Shown here: piece after piece, positions 58,198 to 64,000 of the stretch
How positions within the stretch are numbered: the stretch's first letter is position 1
Layout of the letters: every line of letters starts with the position of its first letter
Assembly (NCBI GenBank): GCA_045611965.1
Contig: JAZKYE010000068.1
Location: 10,064 to 74,063, forward strand
Direction: 5' to 3'
Source: Eubacteriales bacterium
Lineage (GTDB): Bacteria; Bacillota; Clostridia; Oscillospirales; CAG-272
Length of the DNA: 64,000 bases
Notes under the pieces: model-generated
What the model saw: the letters and a program-made list of their open reading frames with translations, nothing else
Databases searched by the model: none
Told to the model about the DNA's origin: nothing
Translations under genes and position numbers: made by a program

Positions 58198-58262
58198 GAT
58201 ATAAAAATAGTGCGGCACGGGATATAATCCGTGCCGCACTTATATATTTTATGGCTTTGCAG

Positions 58263-59201
58263 TTACATTCTCATAAGAAGCGGCAGACCGTGAATGTTGC
58301 CTATCTCGACGTAGTCAGGATAGGTGTCGTTCACCTTCGGCTCTTCGTGCATTTCCGCCCATACGTCAGCGCCTTCTATATTCGCGACGGTGCTCGCGAG
58401 GACTATGGCGCGAAGATGCTCGTTCTCGCCGTCGAGCGAGTCGCGAGCGTTCAGGGCGCAGAGCGCGATATTCTCAACACCCTCGGGCACTTCAAATATT
58501 TCCTGCTCTTTTCCCTGCGCGTACTTGATCAGAGTCTTGCCGTCTTTTGTGTAAAGATCGCCGTCAATCGTACAAAAGGCGGGATTGTCCTCGTCAACCT
58601 CAAAGCGCGACAGCGACTCGGTATAGTCAAAGCACCTCTTTCCTATTTCCGTGAGGTTCTTGGGTATCCTTAGCTCTTTTATTGTCTTACAGTATTCAAA
58701 GCAACCGTTACCAAGTGAACGCACCGACTCGGGAATCTCTATCTTTTCAAGTTTTTCACACCAGGCGAAGGTATACGCCCCCATAGTGGTGATATTTTCC
58801 GAGAGTCTGACGCGCTTTAAGTCGTAGCAGTACTGAAAGGTAAATCCTGTGAGAAGTTCTACCGAGTCGGGAAGGATAATTTCCTCGATCTTGGTAAATT
58901 CCTGATAGAAGTTGGATATCTCTTTCACCGTGTCGGGTATAGTTATGGAAACAACCTCGTCAGCCCCTCCCGGATCTTCGCCGTTATAGTCATAAGACGT
59001 AAGCGCGGTTATTATCTTCCCACCGTACTCGCAAGGTATTACGACGTGCTTTATAACGAAGTCGGGATAGCTTCCCTCGTGATTTTTCATATAGGCGTTC
59101 ACAAGCTCAAGCTCATAAGTGCCGTCATCACGCTCGTGAAGTAAAAACTGCCCGAGCCCCTCAAGCTCAAGTAAATCTTCCTCGTTGTAATCATCCCACA
59201 T
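58263..59201 (-). CDS. BspA-like leucine-rich repeat protein
   Basis: I.IP.SV..IG..F..C..L repeats; NP.F..IDG.LY.KD...LI.Y. Confidence 0.88.
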   Translation of the reverse strand: MWDDYNEEDLLELEGLGQFLLHERDDGTYELELVNAYMKNHEGSYPDFVIKHVVIPCEYGGKIITALTSYDYNGEDPGGADEVVSITIPDTVKEISNFYQEFTKIEEIILPDSVELLTGFTFQYCYDLKRVRLSENITTMGAYTFAWCEKLEKIEIPESVRSLGNGCFEYCKTIKELRIPKNLTEIGKRCFDYTESLSRFEVDEDNPAFCTIDGDLYTKDGKTLIKYAQGKEQEIFEVPEGVENIALCALNARDSLDGENEHLRAIVLASTVANIEGADVWAEMHEEPKVNDTYPDYVEIGNIHGLPLLMRM

Positions 59202-59273
59202 AAGTTCACCTCAAAATGATACGGGGCCGCATTAAAGCCGCCCCGTACCGATATAAACAAGATATTTTTTTAA

Positions 59274-60407
59274 TTAGTGGCAGATGCACTTCTCGGTATC
59301 TCTATCGAAGATGTGGATACGGGAAGCATCAATAGCAACGGTGATGTCGTCGCCCGATCTTGCCTGGCTGCGAGAGGATACTCTTGCGATAATGTTCTTA
59401 CCGTTAGTAGCATCTTCCATACCCTCAAAGCCGAGGTAGAGATAAATCTCAGCACCCATAAGCTCGGTTACGTCAACGTTAACGTTCATAAGCGAGTCGG
59501 GCATAGCGTTGAGGTACATAGGCTCGTCGTGAATTGCCTCAGGACGGATACCGAAGATAACCTCCTGACCGATGTACTCAGCAAGGTCGGGATTTTCAGC
59601 CTTCTCTGCGGGAAGCTTAATCTCGGTGTTGCCGAAGTTAGCATAGAGGTTCTGACCCTTCTTAACAAGCTTACCGTTGATGAAGTTCATCTGAGGTGTG
59701 CCTATGAAGCCTGCAACGAAGAGGTTGCAGGGTGAGTCGTAAAGGTTCTGGGGGGTATCAACCTGCTGGATAAGACCGTCACGCATAACAACGATACGCG
59801 TAGCCATGGTCATAGCCTCGACCTGGTCGTGCGTTACGTAGATGAATGTGGTTTCAACCTTCTTGTGAAGCTTGGTAAGCTCAGTTCTCATCGATGCACG
59901 AAGCTTTGCGTCAAGGTTGGAAAGCGGCTCGTCAAGAAGGAATACCTTGGGGTTACGTACGATTGCACGTCCGAGCGCAACTCTCTGCTTCTGACCACCC
60001 GAAAGAGCCTTGGGACGACGGTCAAGAAGGTGGCTGATGTCAAGGATTCTTGCAGCCTCTTCAACGCGCTTCTTAATCTGCTCCTTGGGAACCTTACGAA
60101 GCTTAAGACCGAATGCCATGTTATCAAATACGGTCATGTGAGGATAAAGAGCGTAGTTCTGGAACACCATCGCGATGTCTCTGTCCTTGGGGGCAACGTC
60201 GTTAACGTACTTGTCACCGATGTAAAGCTCACCCTCGGAAATTTCCTCAAGTCCTGCGATCATACGAAGGGTAGTCGACTTACCACATCCCGCAGCACCA
60301 ACGAAAATAAGGAATTCCTTATCCTTGATCTCGAGGTTGAAGTCGGATACGGCGGTAACGCCGCCGGGATACTTCTTGTAAATGTGTCTTAAAGAAAGAC
60401 CTGCCAT
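59274..60407 (-). CDS. msmX: Multiple-sugar ABC transporter ATPase (MsmX/UgpC type)
   Basis: GAAGCGKS, VFQNYALYPH, LSGGQ, LLDEPLSNLD, TOBE C-terminus. Confidence 0.93.
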   Translation of the reverse strand: MAGLSLRHIYKKYPGGVTAVSDFNLEIKDKEFLIFVGAAGCGKSTTLRMIAGLEEISEGELYIGDKYVNDVAPKDRDIAMVFQNYALYPHMTVFDNMAFGLKLRKVPKEQIKKRVEEAARILDISHLLDRRPKALSGGQKQRVALGRAIVRNPKVFLLDEPLSNLDAKLRASMRTELTKLHKKVETTFIYVTHDQVEAMTMATRIVVMRDGLIQQVDTPQNLYDSPCNLFVAGFIGTPQMNFINGKLVKKGQNLYANFGNTEIKLPAEKAENPDLAEYIGQEVIFGIRPEAIHDEPMYLNAMPDSLMNVNVDVTELMGAEIYLYLGFEGMEDATNGKNIIARVSSRSQARSGDDITVAIDASRIHIFDRDTEKCICH

Positions 60408-60700
60408 AGCTGTTTCTCCTTAAAATAAAATTTCAGTATCTATATTGTATCATCCGTGTGGGCTTTTTTCAAGTGGCACATTTCCCTATTTACGCGCTGT
60501 ATTTTGTGCAAGGTGCTACAAATACCGCGCTGTTTTTTGTCTATCGGTTACAATGAAGGTGTAAAATTCTAATTTATTAGAAAACTATGCATAAAATGAG
60601 GTGCAAAATTAGTACTTTACTTTTTTGCGCGCGTGTGATAGAATAGTGTAGGAAAAAACGGGGCTTCCCTTGTCCCCCATTTTACGAAAGGAAAAATTTT

Positions 60701-62884
60701 ATGTCTATTTTCTTTGACAAAAGCACAAACACCTTCTTCCTTGAAGGAAAGAGCACGACCTATGCCTTTTTTATAAACTCGGCAGGCTACGCAGAGCATC
60801 TTTACTTCGGTGACAAAATAGGACGCGACTATCTGCTTTACACGCGTAGCGCGCTTCGCGGCTCGCAAGAGGCTCGCACACCGAAAAAGCTTGCCAAGGG
60901 TACGGTTGATTCATATAACAAAATGCCCTCAGAGCTTGCATTCTTCGGCACGGGTGACTACCGCGAGTGCTGTGTGCAGACCGAGCGCGAGTGCGGTGAC
61001 AGACTTACAGAGCTTCTTTACGCAGGCTACGATATTGTAGATGAGAAGCCGAGAATTGACGGTATGCCCTCGCTTCGTGGCGCAAAGACGCTTATTCTGC
61101 ATTTGTTTGACGAGATAATGGGCTTTGGCGCAGACCTTTACTACACCGTTTACGATGACTGCGACGTTATCGCAAGACGCATCGAGTACGTAAACGCATC
61201 GGGCGAGATGATAAAGCTTCACCGCGCATTCTCTTTCACAATGTCACTTCCCTATGCGAAATACGATGCCCTCTCGCTCATAGGCGGATGGGGCAACGAG
61301 CGTCTTGAGCAGCGCACGCCCATAGGACGCGGTGTGTATTCGATAGATTCCAAGCGCGCAGCATCAAGCGCATACCTCAACCCCTTTATGGCACTTCTTA
61401 AGGATGGCGCTGACGAGGACAGAGGTGAGGCGTATGGCTTTATGCTCGTTTATTCCTCGTCCTTCGCGCTAAAGGCAGAGGGCACGCCTGCCGGCGATAT
61501 TCTCGTAACAGGCGGTATCAATGATTTTGACTTTACATGGATGCTCTCTGACGGTGAGCGTTTTGCTACACCAGAGGTGCTTATCGGCTATTCAAAATAC
61601 GGTATGGGCGGCATGTCGCGCGAGTTTCACGATGCGCTTCGTCAGCACCTTATTCCCACAAGGTTTATGTATGAGCCCCGTCCGATAGTTATAAACAACT
61701 GGGAAGCGACCTACTTCAACTTCAACACCGAGAAGCTCTGTCAGATAGCAGATGCCTCGGCAGGACTTGGCATTGACACCTTCGTGCTTGACGACGGCTG
61801 GTTTGGCAACAGATGCAACGATGCCGCAGGTCTTGGTGACTGGTATGTAAATGAGAAAAAGCTGACAGGCGGTCTTAAGCCCGTTATCGACCACGTAAAA
61901 TCGCTCGGGATGAAATTTGGTCTTTGGTTTGAGCCAGAGATGGTAAACCCCGACTCAGACCTTTTCAGAGCGCATCCCGACTATGCTATCGGTGCGACAG
62001 ACCGCACGAGAGCTACGGCAAGAAACCAGTATGTGCTTGACCTGACGAGAGAGGACGTACGCGACTATATCGTTAATTCTGTAAATAATATTTTACAATC
62101 TCATGACATTTCCTATGTTAAATGGGATTTCAACCGTACCCCCACCGAGTTTATATCGCAGGGGCTTCCCGCAGAGCGTCAGCGTGAATTCCATCACCGC
62201 TACGCGCTCGGACTCTACGACATATTTGAGCGCATAGTAGGCGCAAACCCGAGTGTTTTCTTTGAGGGCTGTGCAAGCGGTGGCGCAAGATACGACGCAG
62301 GCGTGCTTGCCTTCTTCCCACAGATATGGGTATCCGACAACACCGATGCTGATATGCGTGTTTCTATTCAGCACGGCACTACAATTCCCTATCCTCAAAG
62401 CAGTATGTCCTGCCACGTTTCGGCAGTTCCCAACCACCAGACGGGCAGAGTATCCTCGCTTCTTACAAGGCAGAGAATTGCCTCATTCGGCGCGACGGGA
62501 TACGAGCTTGATATGACGAAAATCACCGACGAGAGCGAGCGCGAGCTTATCCGTGAGCATACCAAGGAATACCGCGCCTGCGAGGACCTTATACTTCGCG
62601 GTGACGTTTACAGAAGCGACAACCCTCAGCGCAACAACATCTATACTGCAACCTACGTATCTAAGGATAAGTCGTCGGCGATTATGATTGCCTACCGCAG
62701 GCTCAACCTGCTCAACCAGACGCTTGACAGAATAAGCCCCAAGGGTCTTGACGCAAATAAAAAGTATTTCTGTCGCGAGCTTGGTCTTATCCTTTCGGGC
62801 TCAACGCTTCTTAACGTAGGTATAGTTCCTGCGTTTAACAACGGTGATTTTGAGACGCTCGTCTATCACTTTGAGGAAAAATAG
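60701..62884 (+). CDS. Alpha-galactosidase, GH36
   Basis: NNWEATYF, FVLDDGWF, FGLWFEPE, KWDFNR, CASGG.R, WVSDNTD. Confidence 0.95.
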   Translation: MSIFFDKSTNTFFLEGKSTTYAFFINSAGYAEHLYFGDKIGRDYLLYTRSALRGSQEARTPKKLAKGTVDSYNKMPSELAFFGTGDYRECCVQTERECGDRLTELLYAGYDIVDEKPRIDGMPSLRGAKTLILHLFDEIMGFGADLYYTVYDDCDVIARRIEYVNASGEMIKLHRAFSFTMSLPYAKYDALSLIGGWGNERLEQRTPIGRGVYSIDSKRAASSAYLNPFMALLKDGADEDRGEAYGFMLVYSSSFALKAEGTPAGDILVTGGINDFDFTWMLSDGERFATPEVLIGYSKYGMGGMSREFHDALRQHLIPTRFMYEPRPIVINNWEATYFNFNTEKLCQIADASAGLGIDTFVLDDGWFGNRCNDAAGLGDWYVNEKKLTGGLKPVIDHVKSLGMKFGLWFEPEMVNPDSDLFRAHPDYAIGATDRTRATARNQYVLDLTREDVRDYIVNSVNNILQSHDISYVKWDFNRTPTEFISQGLPAERQREFHHRYALGLYDIFERIVGANPSVFFEGCASGGARYDAGVLAFFPQIWVSDNTDADMRVSIQHGTTIPYPQSSMSCHVSAVPNHQTGRVSSLLTRQRIASFGATGYELDMTKITDESERELIREHTKEYRACEDLILRGDVYRSDNPQRNNIYTATYVSKDKSSAIMIAYRRLNLLNQTLDRISPKGLDANKKYFCRELGLILSGSTLLNVGIVPAFNNGDFETLVYHFEEK

Positions 62885-63016
62885 TTTTCTACCCATTTCT
62901 CTGCGCCCCCCAAAAATATTTCTATCTATTAACTATTATTAAGATTTTTTGTCAACACTTGATAACACGCGCACAAGGTGCTAAAATTGTAAGAGATTAT
63001 TTTTGGGGGACGTTCT

Positions 63017-63886
63017 ATGAACGCATTTGAGAAGGTTCTGCACTTTCTTATGGCAGAATGCGAAACTCCACCTTCATTTGGCTGGTTTCATATAGTATCG
63101 TTTATAATATTTATTGCCTTCACCGTAGTTGTCTGCATAAAGCTCTCACGCGCATCCGATAAGGCGTATCGCACCTTTGCGCTCGTGTGCTGGGTGATAC
63201 TTGCCGTAGGTGAGATTTACCGAGAGCTTTGCTTCTCATTTTCCGTTACCGACGGTGTTGGCTCGTGGGATTACGCGTGGTATCAGTTCCCGTTCCAGAT
63301 ATGCTCGGGACCTTTGTATTTGCTCCTGCCTATCGCCTTTTTAAAGGACGGCAAGGTACGCAACGCGCTTATGGCATACACGGCAACCTTCTCTTTGTTT
63401 GGCGGACTTGCGGTAATGATATACCCTAACGACGTGTTTTGCTATTTTATCGGCATCAATATTCAGTCGCTCGTTCACCACGGGCTTCAGGCAACGGTGG
63501 GCATTCTGACGCTTATACGCCTTAAGGACAAGCTTAACTACAAGACGCTTCTTGCGTCAATGTCGGTATTTGTATGCGCCCTTGCCATAGCAATGACACT
63601 CAACCTTTCCGTACACCCGATATTAGTCGGGCTCGGACGCAACGATACCTTTAATATGTTCTTCATAAGTCCGTATCACGGATGTCACATTCCGATACTT
63701 TCCCTGATACGCGAAGCCACCCCCTATGGCGTGTTCCTTCCCTGCTATATCATAGGCTTCGGTGCTGTGGCGGCTATTATGCTCTACGGCGGCAAGGGAA
63801 TTATAATGCTTACCGAGCGCATTATTAATAGGTATAGAAAAAATCAGCCCGCATCAGGAGCTGATGATAAAAACCCGGCGAAATAA
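63017..63886 (+). CDS. YwaF-like integral membrane protein
   Basis: FG.FH, WY.FPFQ.CS, HH, N.FFISP. Confidence 0.75.
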   Translation: MNAFEKVLHFLMAECETPPSFGWFHIVSFIIFIAFTVVVCIKLSRASDKAYRTFALVCWVILAVGEIYRELCFSFSVTDGVGSWDYAWYQFPFQICSGPLYLLLPIAFLKDGKVRNALMAYTATFSLFGGLAVMIYPNDVFCYFIGINIQSLVHHGLQATVGILTLIRLKDKLNYKTLLASMSVFVCALAIAMTLNLSVHPILVGLGRNDTFNMFFISPYHGCHIPILSLIREATPYGVFLPCYIIGFGAVAAIMLYGGKGIIMLTERIINRYRKNQPASGADDKNPAK

Positions 63887-63930
63887 AGCACAAGAGCGAG
63901 AGGAACAAGCCTCTCGCCCTTGTGCTTTTC
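63887..63930. terminator. Bidirectional terminator
   Basis: AAGCACAAG.GCGAGAGG...CCTCTCGC.CTTGTGCTTTT. Confidence 0.75.
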
Positions 63931-63934
63931 GTGA

Positions 63935-64000
63935 TTAGTTTGCCGCCTTGATGATGGTGATAAACTTGTCGGTTTTGAGTGATGCGCCGCGGATAAGTCC
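63935..64000 (-). CDS. tpiA: C-terminal fragment, probably triosephosphate isomerase
   Basis: GLIRGASLKTDKFITIIKAAN* resembles the TIM G(L/I)(V/I)GGASL motif; only 21 codons visible. Confidence 0.55.
   Translation of the reverse strand, partial: GLIRGASLKTDKFITIIKAAN

Overview
Chromosomal window of a spore-forming Firmicute, most likely an uncultured Clostridia/Oscillospirales-type organism (inferred from gpr, spoVB-like flippase, remA, sigma-A promoters and Shine-Dalgarno usage). It is mostly housekeeping: oppA (partial), obg, der, rplJL with L10 leader, nrdR-yicC-remA-rpoZ-priA-def-fmt-yugP-rsmB-rlmN-rsgA, aspS, rnpB, gap, a sugar ABC ATPase, a GH36 and the 3' end of tpiA. Small accessory islets and several families of non-autonomous palindromic repeats are interspersed. 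No transposase, integrase, CRISPR array or rRNA was seen. The most notable items are: (1) a tightly coupled operon lnt - double-wHTH Mrr nuclease - three diverged tail-anchored paralogues - Cys-rich microprotein; (2) a promoter-driven multi-stem candidate ncRNA at about 36.45-36.70 kb, upstream of an XRE/helical-repeat/RBS-hairpin-peptide cluster; (3) a Fic mini-island bounded by tRNA-Arg and a degenerate copy of its 3' half; (4) a full-length GH2 that appears to lack both catalytic glutamates; (5) an unannotated peptide with a lasso-like leader behind a large secreted LamG-phosphoesterase; (6) a triplicated gap 3' end. All functional calls come from motif recognition by eye, without database searches.
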